The notes below the pieces were generated by a model. It worked only from the letters and a program-made list of their open reading frames with translations. It did no database searches and was not told where the DNA came from. Shown here piece after piece: positions 24,960-37,259 of a DNA stretch of 64,000 bases (position 1 is the first letter of the stretch; every line of letters begins with the position of its first letter). The position numbers and the translations under genes were made by a program. The stretch spans positions 34,038,001 through 34,102,000 of the forward strand of contig NC_043009.1 of the NCBI RefSeq assembly GCF_006345805.1, written 5' to 3'. Source of the DNA: Octopus sinensis (Eukaryota).

Positions 24960-25532
24960 AATAAAGTTGCGTGAAAATGGTGGGGTGGGACGTGAGGAAG
25001 TCTTTCCATGGTCACTTGAGAACCAACCTCGTTCTGGGCGACCGTCGACCTGAACAAATGAAAATTCATGAACTGATCTTGGAGGACCATCACCGAACAA
25101 TTGACGAACTTGATGATATGACTGGTATGCCCTTGAGCACCTGCCAATGAATTTTGAGCGAGGTATTGCGAATGAAAAGAGTTACAGCAAAATTTGCGTC
25201 TCGCTTGCTCATGGAAGATCAAAAGCAGACACGACTGATTGCGCGTGTCGTGAACTGAAAGAACAGTTGGAAGTTGATCCGGACCTTTTCTGAAGGTCAT
25301 CACTGGTGACGAAGTTCTGGTGCGACGGAATTTGCAGATGTGGAAGAGGTGAAGAAAAAAACGACGGAGGCGTTAAAAATGCAAGCGTGCCAGCACTACT
25401 TCGAACAGTGGAAAACGCGTCTGGACCGATGAGTTGCTTCAAATGGAGGATATTTTGTAGGCGATAAAGCGTAAACATGTAAAATTAAGTGAATAAAATA
25501 ATACTGCAAAATTCAGGTTTCTTCTAGGGACC
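24960..25532 (+). mobile_element. Deleted mariner derivative, same family as 36332-37223
   Basis: Shares gaactgaaagaacagttggaagttgatccggacc…aggcgataaa…aaaattcaggtttctt. Confidence 0.75.
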
Positions 25533-25900
25533 CAGTATCGATCTATTGCATTTCAATCTGTTATAGGGCTATGGTTGGTTAGGGTTAGTTAGGGTTAGGG
25601 GTGGAAGGAAGGGTATCTTTTTTTCTTCACAAATGTAAATAAACCCAATCTATTTCTTAAACGAGAGACATATTTATACGGCACAGAATGTTTTTTTACC
25701 TCAATGGAGGTCATTGATTGGTTGAAATTGCAGAAATTGAAGGAAAAACAACAACAAATATCTTACAAACTATAGAATTTTCTCAATAAAGCCAAGAGAA
25801 AAAGATGTTTTATAAACACATCCTACCAGTATACGAAGTTTAAAATTTTTCAGTTACCTAGAAATTATGTTAAAAACTGCCGTTCAAACCGAAGAGATCC
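25533..25900 (-). mobile_element. Truncated copy of the GGATC-TIR telomere-repeat MITE
   Basis: Reverse complement of about 5021-5390, ending aaactgccgttcaaaccgaagagatcc. Confidence 0.85.
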
Positions 25901-25989
25901 CTCACTCGTATATCAATAAAATTACAGAAATTGGGAATCAACTGCGTAAATATCATTTAGTGACTATGGCTATTTGGTATGCTATAAGC

Positions 25990-26132
25990 CAGTGGTTCCC
26001 AACCCTTTAATTTAAATGAGTTTTCCTACGGACCCCTTTTAATATACCTATACTTATGTATAAATATATGTATGAAATTTAGTTCACGGACCCCCAGTAC
26101 AAACTTTGCCGACCCCAGGTCGGGAACTACAG
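25990..26132. mobile_element. hAT MITE
   Basis: TIRs cagtggttcccaacc / ggtcgggaactacag; 8-bp TSD CTATAAGC at 25982-25989 and 26133-26140. Confidence 0.85.
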
Positions 26133-27089
26133 CTATAAGCCTTAGAATATATCCAAGCGATCCCTGCTATTTCTGGTACACAAAATGACCATGTAGATGA
26201 GCTAATTTTGATTTTGTTTCAAAGAGAGATTAAAAGTGCAATAAAATAATGAAAGGAATATTTACTGAATGAGCACATAACATATCAGAAAAATTACACA
26301 AATTGGGAAACAAATGAGTAAATATAATTTACAGTAAACTGCCTATAGGTCAGTTATTCTGCTTGTGATACAGATGAAAAATTCATATTGCAAGGTGTTT
26401 CGTTCAATACCCTGCCGCTTGTTTACCTACTCCTAATAAAATTAAAAACGAAAATTATTCCCCAAAACAAAAATTAATTCTAAACCAAGGGAAATAACTC
26501 CCAATAAACTAAGCACAATTAAGAGATTATCTTAGCAAACTTTCTAGAAAAATAAATTAATTGAAACTATTTTCTGCGAAAAGAATTTAATTTTTCATAG
26601 AGCCCTAACTTTTTATTTCGCAACTTCCCATTACCTACTTCTTTGATATACGTATAGGGAACCTATATGAAACTGTTAAAATAGCTAAATGACAAAGACA
26701 GTGTATAACATGAAATAACTCTAGTGATTATTCGTAACGGTGTGTGCAACTAGCATAAATTTTATAAGTGGAGCTGGTTATATACTACAGCCAGGAGTTG
26801 AAGCTGACAGAAGTTTATTTCACATTTACAGATAATACACTGGAGATAACATACTGATTAGATTTTTTAACATAGCAAGTTGCTACACAACATACTGTAT
26901 AATACTAAGATAGACAGTCTATTATTTTATCAAATGATATTTTACAGATAACTTGCAGAGGCACCTGGCGTTGCCGGGAATGAAATTGTTTCTTATATAT
27001 TGGAAGAAAAAAGCAAAATATGTTGAATAGAAATTTGTTGTTCTAAATTCAATTTATTGGGATACAATTTATTTTTTAATTGTGAAATC

Positions 27090-27520
27090 GGATCTTTTCG
27101 GTTTGAACGGCAGTTTGTAACATAATTTCTAGGTAACTAAAAAATGTTAAGCTTCGTATACTGGTAGAATGTGTTTATAAAACATCATTTTCTCTTGGCT
27201 TTATTGAGAAAATTCTATAGTTTGTAACATATTTCGTCTAAAATTTCTTGCATTTTGGCAATTTTAACCAATCGCTGACCGTCCATTGAGGTGAAAGCAT
27301 TCTGTGCGTCATCAATATGTCCCTCGTTTAAGAAACAGATTGGGTTTATTTACATTTGGGAAGAAAAAAAGATACCCTTCCCCCACCCCTAACCCTAACT
27401 CTAACCCTAAATCTAAAATAGATTGAAATGCAATGAAAATGTCACCCATAATTATGATCCTAGTATCGATCTATTGCATTTCAATCTATTTTAGATTTAG
27501 GGTTAGTTAGGGTTAGGGTC
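27090..27520 (+). mobile_element. Rearranged copy of the GGATC-TIR MITE with inverted 3' part
   Basis: Colinear with the 5021 copy to about 27433, then an inverted segment forming a hairpin of (CCCTAA)/(TTAGGG) arms. Confidence 0.85.
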
Positions 27521-28294
27521 AAATTGCCAATGGTCCCAGTCCTTTATTATCTCCTTGATGAGGCTCAGCTTCTTTAGATCATGTTTCACCACTTTACTTT
27601 ATCTCATGCCTTTCCAAGTCTTCCTCTTTCACAGGTTCCCTCCACATTTAGAAATCGAATCTTTCAATTAGGCAGAATCTATCTGACAGGCTTCCATACA
27701 GTTTCCATCCATTCAATTTCACACACAAGTTTTAGCTTGACCAAAACCATGTTAGATAACAAGATACAAAGCAAACTTTTTAGCTATTCAGATATGCCAT
27801 ATACATGACAAAATGTACACACACATACATATATGCACACATACTTACACACACATTCACACATACACACACATAATGTTGGCATTACCTTTATGTACTT
27901 ATTTTTCAGTCTGACACTAATTATTACCCTAATAAATACTGACAATTAGTTTTTCAAATTGCGTCTACTTGAAGACAAACATAGAAACAAATGCACAAGC
28001 ACAAGCATACATCTTCTTGGAGCAAATGAAAATTGTCAGTTCATTATAAAAGCAACTGATTGAAATTATGGAGAATTCATATGATTGTATTCATTCTAGA
28101 TATTACTAAACCTGGACAAGGCTGGATTACTGATACTATTATCCTACAGGTTCCATTCTAACAGGCATGTGCCATTTATAAATACTCAAGGTAAGTAGAA
28201 AGCATTAAAAAATAAACTGTCAACAAAAGCACTTATCACTTTGAGACGATACGTAAGAAAAATACATATTGTGTGTGTGTGTACTTGAGATGAC

Positions 28295-28487
28295 CCACAT
28301 CCGTGGAATAAGCTGCTGGACGAGATAGTGAAGATGCCGACGACCACTCGGTTCAAAGTCTCCCTTGACCACAAGTGGCCTGAACTCTTTACATGAACAC
28401 CACCCTGTACATAACTCCATGTCCCCCTACATGACCTTGCTTTTTGCTTTTTGAGCCAAAAAATTAACTAACTAACTAACTAACAAC
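28295..28487 (+). mobile_element. CR1/L2-type LINE 3' end
   Basis: PWNKLLDEIVKMPTTTRFKVSLDHKW then 3' UTR and (TAAC)n tail; same family as 59478-59835. Confidence 0.75.
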
Positions 28488-29285
28488 AGAACTGAGGTGC
28501 CACATAAAAACACTGGTGCTGGTGTCACTTAAAAGCACTTGTGATGATGCTACATAAAAAGCACCTATTATACTCTGTGGAGTGGTTGGCATGAGGGAGG
28601 AATCCAGCTGCAGAACCCAAGTTAAAACGGATTATGGACCCTAGTGTGGCCCTTAACCTTACCAGTTCTTGTCAAACTATCCAACCCATACCTGCATGGA
28701 AAACAGATGATAAATGACACTGCTGCTGCTGATTGATGTCCTGTTTCTACCCCTTCCTGTACTGTATTTTTTAAAATTGTATTTAGCATTTGTTTTTAAT
28801 TGTATTGTTTTTACGTCCTGTTTTTGTCACATTTTTTTTCCTTGTTTTTACCCCTCTGCAAAGGAATTTTATTTAATTCTTTTGCAGGAAGGACTGGTTC
28901 GACGAGACGTGTTCTGTCCTCACCTTCGAAACAGGCTGAAGTTGAACTAGGGACAGCTGATGAAGGGGATTTTTCCTTGTGTAGTTGTCTTGTACTCTGT
29001 TTTTTCGTTGTTAAAAAAATGGTCCGTTCCATGCCGTTTTTACTTTTTCGTTTCTCGTTGAGTTCTACGTCTATTTGTGGTGTCCTGTACACACGTATAT
29101 ATATTTATATATGCATGTATATATACATATAGATGTAGGTACGTACATATATGTTTATATGTATGCATATATTTTATTTATTACACTATATATATATGAA
29201 AGCATTATTGCTGTTAAAAACAGTTATAATGAGGTGGTTAGCAAGACTTCTACCTTAATAGGTATAATATTAAATATTTGAATAA

Positions 29286-29660
29286 AAGAAGGGTAGAAAT
29301 ACCGCTTGCCAAAGATGAAAGCAAAAGCTTCAAAAACCACCAATTCTATGATAAATAGGCACATGAGCAATGCAATGAACGCTTTAAAAAATAGATCTAC
29401 CTTCAGGATAGAATTTCAAGATAGCCTACATACCCTAATATCAATTGATTTCATGGTGTGCATGAGAAAACAGTTCAAGATAGCTTACATACCCTAATAT
29501 AAATTGATTTCATGGTGTGCATGAGAAAACATGTTTTCTCATGCACACCATGAAATCAATTGATATTAGGGTATGTAAGCTATCTTGAAATTCTATCCTG
29601 AAGGTAGGTCTATTTTTTAAAGCGTTCATTGCATTGGCAAGCGGTATTTCTACCCTTCTG
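29286..29660. repeat. Spacerless palindrome centred at 29531/29532
   Basis: …catgagaaaacatgttttctcatg…; arms extend to agaagggtagaaataccgcttgccaa; ~59-bp tandem duplication in the left arm. Confidence 0.9.
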
Positions 29661-32437
29661 TTATATATATATGTATAGTGTGAGTGTGTGTGTGTAGGTG
29701 CAAGCAAGGCCAAGGTGGTATCTATAGTGTGGAAATGAAATAACACAAAAGACCATATCTGATTGTTTGCAAGACATCACTTGAAGTTTTGTGTGTCATT
29801 GCATACAAAGTCTATGGTGAGAAAACTGTGCTATGTGGTTAAATCTTGCAGCACACACGTTCTAGTGTTAGAAATATGTTAAAGATAAATATACACATCA
29901 TTATTTTGATCTTTGCTGCTTTGTGTACCCTTAGTGAATGTGTGTGTGTGCATGTGTGTGTGTGTGCGTGTGCAATCACACGTGCATGTATGTAGATAGA
30001 TAACACATGCATTATGACTGTTCCATAATCTTTTTAAATATGTGAATATATACTGTATAAATAAGTATATGCATGCTCACAGACACATACCATTGAACCC
30101 ACTACACACAAGCACAGAAGGTAACATAAAACCCTGACTGGGAAATGCTTCAACTTCAACTTTCATAAACGCACACAAACACACAACACTCACTAACAAA
30201 CACACACATGCATGCACACACACACACAACACTCACTAACAAACACACACATGCATGCACACACACACATACACACACACACATACATACAAGGTCACTC
30301 AAGGAACAGTTTGCTAGAATGCGAAGCTTGAAGATGATGCTGATGTTTAAATAAACTTGATCGGTATCTTATGTAAATAGCACAAATATCCATGAATACA
30401 GCAAAGAAGACTGGACTCCTTGTTGATGTGTTAATGGGCAATAAACAACTGACTTTCAACACACTAACAGAGTCTGTAATTGTCTGTTGGTAGCAATAAA
30501 GGAATGGTTCTCAGTTCTGCACACCCATCAAAAGAAAATGGTGCAATTAATACGGTTCTGGGCTCTCAAGTTTATGTGCTGATGATTAAATCCAATGTCG
30601 ATACGTATTCTATGTATTCTGGTTTGCTTGAAGGCAACAGCAAATTAATGGAAATATTATAGTGTTGCACAGAATGCATCACGGTATTTGTTCTGGTTCT
30701 CTGTAGTCTGAGTTCAAGTCCAACAAAGTCCAGTGTGGTGTTCAAAGTAATGGAATAAAAAAAAATTCTTTACAAGTAAAAAAAGATAAAGCTTGGCCAC
30801 AAGAAAAGCATCTGACCATAAAAATTCTGCCTACTTAACCTATGCCAGCAAAAAAAAAAAAAACAAACACTGCTTAAAATGAAAAGACAATGAAATGAAA
30901 TACAATATTGAATGCACACACACACACAAACACACACACACACACACACTCGTACAAACATATTATACAAAATATGAATTATGTATGCCTATAAAAACTT
31001 TTTTAAGTAAATGCTTTTAAACACACTGCATCACTCATTTAAAATATCTTCAAGTACAATATACATATTTTCAAATAAATTATATTGTATATACTTTTTA
31101 AACAAATATTTACATTTTATTTATACAGTGTTCAACAAGTATTTGCCTATTTTTGAGGGTGTTAAGCTGAGAGAATAATTTATATTTTAACATTTTTCTT
31201 ATGATTATTAATATTAAAGCATTTTTCAAGGAATTGTGAAGCATACTAATATTTGATTGTAACAATACATAAATATATAAATAAAATTATGATAAAAATA
31301 AAAAGAAGCAAAATATATATAGTTTTAAGCTATTCCTTGGTGCTTTATATTAGTTATAGTAAATGAAATATACATGAGAAATGTATTCTGGGTATCTGTG
31401 GAGACAAGACAAATCAAGAACTGGATTTAAACAATGAATCATATTCTAATTAGATTCTATCAAAATTACCTTTCCAGCCCTCATGTTACTTGTTCTGTTC
31501 CCGAAGTACAAAATTTACCTATCATATGTGTTCACATTAAAATTAAAACATTCCGTAATGAAATTGTTAGAGAACTTTTTGTTATGTTCCAAACACCAGA
31601 TTTAATAACGACAAAGATATTTTACTAAACCTTAACATATTCTTAATTATTTTCAAACTTTATCTAAACACAACCAGTGTATCACCTTAGAAATAGGGTT
31701 CAGGTAGGGTTAATGAAAAAAAAGTAAAGTAAAATGTAGCATTTCTGGATCAGAATTAAAGAATAAACAATCAGAAATACTGTCACTATTATTTTTATGA
31801 GATATATAGTCTCACCACCACCACTCTATCAAGTTGATCACAGAGCAGCATGAGATGAAGTGTTTTGCTCAAGAACACAACACACTGTCCAGTCTAGGAA
31901 TCAAACCCATGATCTTTCAATCAGGAGTGTAACACCATGACCACTAGGCCACACACCTTCACCTTCTGATGTAAAACACTGTATAGGTTACAATGAATTA
32001 TAAAAAGAAATGTAATTATTTTTGCAAGATTCCTGATTGCTGAAACAGATATTCCTTGTATTGAAACAGACATTGTTATATTTTGGGATGGTCATTTTTT
32101 TTTTTTTTCATCTTTTTTTCATCAAGTGAAATCGAAATCGATCAAAAATCAATGGAAACTGCAGTTGTGATACCAGTGCCGGTGGCATGTAAAATGCACC
32201 CACTACACTCACGGAGTGGTTGGCGTTAGGAAATGCATCCAGCTGTAGAAACACTGCCAGATCAGACTGGGCCTGGTGCAGCCTCCTGGCTTCTCAGACC
32301 CCAGTCGAACCGTCCAACCCATGCTAGCATGGAAAGCAGACGTTAAACGATGATGATGATCTTTTGCCAAATAAACACACATTCTTTATATATGATCTTC
32401 ACTTCAGCTTTTTTATTAATCTTATTTTAGTGTCCTT

Positions 32438-32482
32438 TGTCTGAAATCTTTCGTCACATAACCTGTGGCTTCTTCAGTGACT
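32438..32482 (-). ncRNA. Minimal hammerhead motif (left arm)
   Basis: GTCA CTGAAGA A GCCACA GGTTA TGTGAC GAAA GATT TC AGAC. Confidence 0.65.
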
Positions 32483-32520
32483 CTCCATTCCATGTGTCTC
32501 CTCCTGACATGTGGGATGGA

Positions 32521-32565
32521 GAGTAACTGAAGAAGTCACAAGATGTGTGACGAAAGATTTCAAAC
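32521..32565 (+). ncRNA. Minimal hammerhead motif (right arm)
   Basis: CTGAAGA A GTCACA AGATG TGTGAC GAAA GATT TC; stem I decayed. Confidence 0.65.
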
Positions 32566-32928
32566 AAAGGACACTAAAATAAGATTAATAATAAAGCTAA
32601 AGTGAAGAATGAATATAAACTGTGTGTGTTTAATAGCCAAAAAAGAAAAAAGAGTGACCATCCGGAAATATAACAATATAAATAAAAATAAACATTTCCA
32701 TTAATCAGTTAATTAAGTTGGTGTTTGGGACTTAACCTATTAGAAAGTTCTTACATAAAATTATGATGAGAGGTTTTAATTTAAATGCATACATTTTAAA
32801 ACAAGAGTTTTAACAAGGCAGAGATGTTTCCAGTTCTCAGGTTGATATAAAAAGGGCTAAAGAATAAAATATAAAGAAAACAAGAAATGATTTTAAAACA
32901 AACAAAACAGCTAAAATGAATGTCTTAC

Positions 32929-34323
32929 TTTATCAAGAGTTCCATTGGTAATAATTCCATGGTGCTTATATTTGAATTCTCTGCGAAATGATGGTGGCGC
33001 TGTTTGGTAATTACCAAGGTGAATAGTAGATTTTGGTAGTTTGTAGACAGAAAACAAAGGGATTTCTTTTTCATTGTCAGTTCCATTATGTGTTTTGTTG
33101 AGCACCTGAACAAAATGTTGGCCAGGAATATAATTAACAGTATCTGCTGATGATGACCGCTTCTTCCGATACTGCTCAGCACAATATCTTTTATGCATCC
33201 AATCTAAAATGCTTTTTTCAATATTAAGTCGTTTGGTGCCACTCCAGGTAGCATTCCTGGGAAGTTGTGAATCAATTGACAAGTTTCTTGAGTGAGCACT
33301 TGGAGGGGTTATTTTTATGCAACATGCAATATCATCAAAATTGTTTACAGTTGCATTTTTACGAGGGGGTTTCTTTGACTCAACTGCATTGTTAATTTCT
33401 TTTTCATCTATCATAGATTTTTTGAGATCAAACTTATTCCCAATAATTTCATTGCAAACTTCTGTAGGTTTATCAGAATCTCCACCTTTTTCGCACTCTG
33501 CTGCTGAAAGTTTTAATGTGGGACATTCTTGCTCTTGAGGTAAATCTATCACAGGTAAATTCTCTTGGCTTGCTATTGCTGGTTTGTTACTAATGATTAA
33601 AGAGTTATCATCAAAATTATTCTGATTTTTGTTGATGCTATTTTTCTTATTATTGCTTTTGTTATTACTCATGGCAAATGATTGCAAAGCTCTTGCCACC
33701 AACTTTCTTTGAAAATCCTGTTTATTTTGTTTCCCTTTTTTCTGATCTTTGTTATCACTCTTGGTACACTTTAATGAATTCTTCCGTTTTACCACAGCAT
33801 TGGTATGTGTGTTGACCATTACTTGTAACTCCGGGCTGGGGATCTGCCACATATTTGAATTTTCCTCTTTAATATGATTATCTGTATGCGTTGAAGTAGT
33901 TAGCATTTTCAAGTTAGAATTTTGTGTTGGGTCAACAAGATTGTCTGTGTTTGCAAGTAAATTGGTTTTGTTATTGTTGCTATGCAGCTCTGTCCAAAGC
34001 CAGTCACCTGGAATACTCATCAGAGATAGCCTGTTGGTTTGAGTGGACTTTTCTGTGGTACTGCGACTTTCAGACCAGTAATCTTCTATATTTTGAAAAG
34101 ACTCTTGACAGCTGCTTTTCTTGCTGTTGTTATTACTGCTGTCACTGTTAAAAGTGATGCTGGTTTTATTTTTTATCCTATTACTATCAGCAGCTTTATC
34201 CATAATTATTTGACTAATAATCTTTGGAGTATCTTGCTGTAATCTGTTCAAATTTGGGTCGGATGAAGGAGAATCAGCCAAACTTGAACTCATAACCTTC
34301 TGCTGCTGCACCTGCACAGACAT
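32929..34323 (-). CDS. Large first coding exon (465 codons) of an unidentified host gene; Ser/Asn/Lys-rich, probably disordered N-terminal region
   Basis: Only long intact non-TE ORF; GCAAAAATGT start context with in-frame upstream stops; donor AAA|GTAAGA at 32929/32928, phase 0; acceptor tttttgttttatacag|G at 34511/34510. Confidence 0.8.
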
Positions 34324-34510
34324 TTTTGCTGAAGAAGCAGAAGAAAGAGTAAGAGGTGGAGTAGGTGTTATGGTATTTTCGTTAACAAATCTGGGAGAGA
34401 TAATTGTTGGTGGATGTCAGCCATAGTATTGGAGTAGGTTTCACCCTATTCTGCCACTTCACAGCAAATAAGTCTTCAGAAATTTTGTAGAAATTCATAA
34501 ATGTGACACC
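34324..34510 (-). promoter_or_regulatory. 5' UTR part of the exon with two uORFs
   Basis: uORF1 34498-34382 (38 aa) and uORF2 34424-34368 (MADIHQQLSLPDLLTKIP); both end before the main ATG. Confidence 0.55.
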
Positions 34511-35186
34511 CTGTATAAAACAAAAAAAAAACAATTTAATAAACACTCCAAGTAAATAAAGGAACAAAAATATTGAAATCTGTATATCTATAAAAGTCTG
34601 AATGTGTGTGTGTGTGTGAATGTAATTTATGCACGTCCACAGATTAGCACACATGTTGCCCCAATTTTAGGAGGACGTTCATCACGACCCTAGCTGGGTT
34701 TTGTCAACTTATTTTTCCTGAGGCACCCGCGGATAGCAGTAAAAATCGATTTTCAACCATAACTTTTACCAAATTTGAAGTTTGCTAACATGAGTTAAAT
34801 CCCCTTCTTGCCAGTGAATGTGTGTGTGTGAGGGAGAGAGAGAAGTTGTGTGTTGATGTGTGTGTGTGAGGGAAAGAGAGAGAGAGAGTTTGACAGTGTC
34901 TAACAAAAAAATGCAAAGAGAAAGTGTGTGAGATACAGAGAGTAAGTGACAGCATTCATCAAAAATAAAAATGTAAAATGTTTTTTTTCTTAAACACGAG
35001 ATATAGTCTTCAAATTTAGGATGTTTTTGAAAGACACTATATTTTATAATCAGATTATATATACTTTCTCACGCAACAATTAAAATATCACGGATTCTAT
35101 TTTGAAAATTACCCAGCAATGACAGGCTACTCAGCTAATATACATATACACCAACAAAAGCATACCTACATTACTATAATAGCATA

Positions 35187-36180
35187 TGAAAGTAGGCTGA
35201 AAAGTTCATAGGCTGACTATGAAGGAATGATGCTAAATCTGTGAAATCTTGTATGCATTAATTTCAACTCCTCTTATTAATAATTACATTGTTTCTTTCC
35301 AGGTAAACCAACATCTGATTGTTCAAAGAAAATTTCAAAATAACCAGTAGTGACTTCTCTTGAAAATGGGACAAAATTTGGCATCATGGTGTTACCAAGT
35401 ACCAGTAGAAAAAGGGTTTAGCCCCCAAGGACATTCATGCTGACATGGTTACTACATTATGGGATGACACTCTAGCTTTATCAACAGTGCAAAAGTGGAG
35501 CACTGAATCTAAGAGGGGAAGAAAGAGTCCTGAAGATGACCCAAGGCTGGACATACTGCAACTGCCACCACTGAGGAAAACAATGTTCATGTTCAACATA
35601 TGGTGATGGATGACAAGTGATTGACTATAAATCAAATAACCAATGCTGTTAGTATATCTTATGAGTGTTGGGAATATTCTGCACAATGAACTTGGCATGA
35701 TGAAGGTTTCTGCTTCAGTGGGTGTCACATCTTCTGATCAAAAGTGCATCAAGTTGAACACTCCATGAAAAAATTTGACATTGTGTGAGGCAGATCCAAA
35801 TGATTTCCTTGAATATTTCCTAACCCAGAGTGTTGGCTTCATCACTTTGCACCAGAGACAAAGAGACAATCCATGAGGTGGAGTCACCCCTTCCCAATGT
35901 TCCAAAGAAGGCCAAGGTTATTTCATCTGAAGGGAAGGAAATGGTCTCAATTTTTTTTTTGTGTGTGTATTCAAAGGGCATTGTGTTTATTGACTATCTT
36001 CAAAAGGGCAACACTATCAATGGAGAGTACTATGCCAACTTGTTGAGGCAGTAATGAAAGGTCATCAAGACCAAAGGCCCAGGAAAACTGTTGAAAGGAG
36101 TCTTGTTTCATCAGGTGGCTGCTCCAGCACATAAGTCCTTGTTTTCAATGGCTTTCAATGGTTTTGTGGTTGTGCATGGG
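35187..36180 (+). mobile_element. Mariner transposon remnant
   Basis: STVQKWSTESKRG…EDDPR; KKAKVISSEGKEMVSIF…GIVFIDYLQKGNTINGEYYANLL. Confidence 0.85.
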
Positions 36181-36331
36181 ACAATAGTTTCCAGTTAATG
36201 CTAAATGGAGTATCTATATATGTGTCTATATATGTTTAGATAGTGAAACATCATCTTTCCTCTTTGGATTGCATGAAGTATGTGTGCTGATTGTATTGTG
36301 TTTTGAACTTGTTTGCTGCTGACCTTATATA

Positions 36332-37223
36332 CAGGAGGGTACCCAAAAGTAACCGGGAATGTTCTCTGTAGGACAAGCCTGTTGTAGTTCAGGCTTCCAC
36401 TGCTAGAAGCCACTTGATGTGACCCTCAGGCATCAGTCTACCAACAGACAGTGGTGAGTGAGGCTGTACTGCCACATGATGTGTTTTTGTTTTGCAGTGA
36501 TTCTCCCCTGCTCATCAATTTTTCTGATGCCTGAAATGAAGGAACAGCTTCTGTGAAATTCTGTTTTCTGCCAGACAAAATAATGGCCGAAACAGTTGTC
36601 ATGCTTCAAACAGCTTACAGGGATGCTGTCATGAGCAAAACGCAAGTTTATGAGTGGTTTCCATGCTTTAGAAATGGTCACTTGTCGTTTGAAGACCAAC
36701 ATTGTTCAGGACGACCATCAACCTCCCGAACAAATGAAAACATGAAAATTCATGAAATGATTTTGGTGGACTGTCACTGAACAACTGATGATCTTGTTGA
36801 TATGATTGGTGTGTCCTGGAGCTTCTTCCAACAAATTTTGAGTGAGAAATTGCAAATGGAAAGAGTTGCAGCAAAATTTGTGCCTTGCTTGTTGGTGGAA
36901 GATCAAGAGCCATCACTACTGAATGCATGTCATGAACTGAAAGAACTGTTGGAAGTTGATCTGGACCTTTTTTCAAAGATCATTACAGTGATGAAAGCTG
37001 GTGCTATGGAATTTGCAGACATGGAAGAGGTGAAGAAAAAAAAATGACAGAGGTGTTCAAAGGCATCACTTCACAAGAGTTCCAACACTGCTTTTGAATA
37101 GTGGAAAATGTGATTGGACTGAGGCATTGCTTCAAATGGAGAATACTTTGAAGGCGATAAAAGTGTAAAACTAAGCGAATAAAATATATTGCAAAATTTC
37201 GGTTTCTTTTGGGTACCCCCTTG
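36332..37223 (+). mobile_element. Internally deleted mariner with both TIRs and TA TSD
   Basis: ta|caggagggtacccaaaag … cttttgggtacccccttg|ta; VYEWFPCFRNG…SGRPSTS; RVAAKFVP. Confidence 0.9.
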
Positions 37224-37259
37224 TATATATATGCAGTTGGTGTTGTAGTGTTAGTGGTT

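Larger units (their letters stand above)
32020..32680. mobile_element. Fold-back element of two inverted Penelope-type pLTRs; left arm interrupted by a SINE (about 32100-32360)
   Basis: Arms about 32370-32492 and 32514-32632 are reverse complements; outer ends tgttatattttgggatggtca / tgaccatccggaaatataaca. Confidence 0.8.

Noticed and set aside
24600-24960. Homopolymer-rich stretch with degenerate TTAGGG-like units
   Set aside because: Looks like low-quality consensus or a decayed repeat; no structure can be supported and it is not a telomere
28920-28970. Possible type II hammerhead (CGAAACAGGCTG…CTGATGAAGG); similar layout at 62063-62105
   Set aside because: The UH cleavage site and stems I and II cannot be assigned cleanly; may be a decayed pLTR
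30295-30475. Minus-strand open frame after an AG (DSVSVLKV…)
   Set aside because: Weak polypyrimidine tract, phase incompatible with the phase-0 donor at 32929, no homology evident
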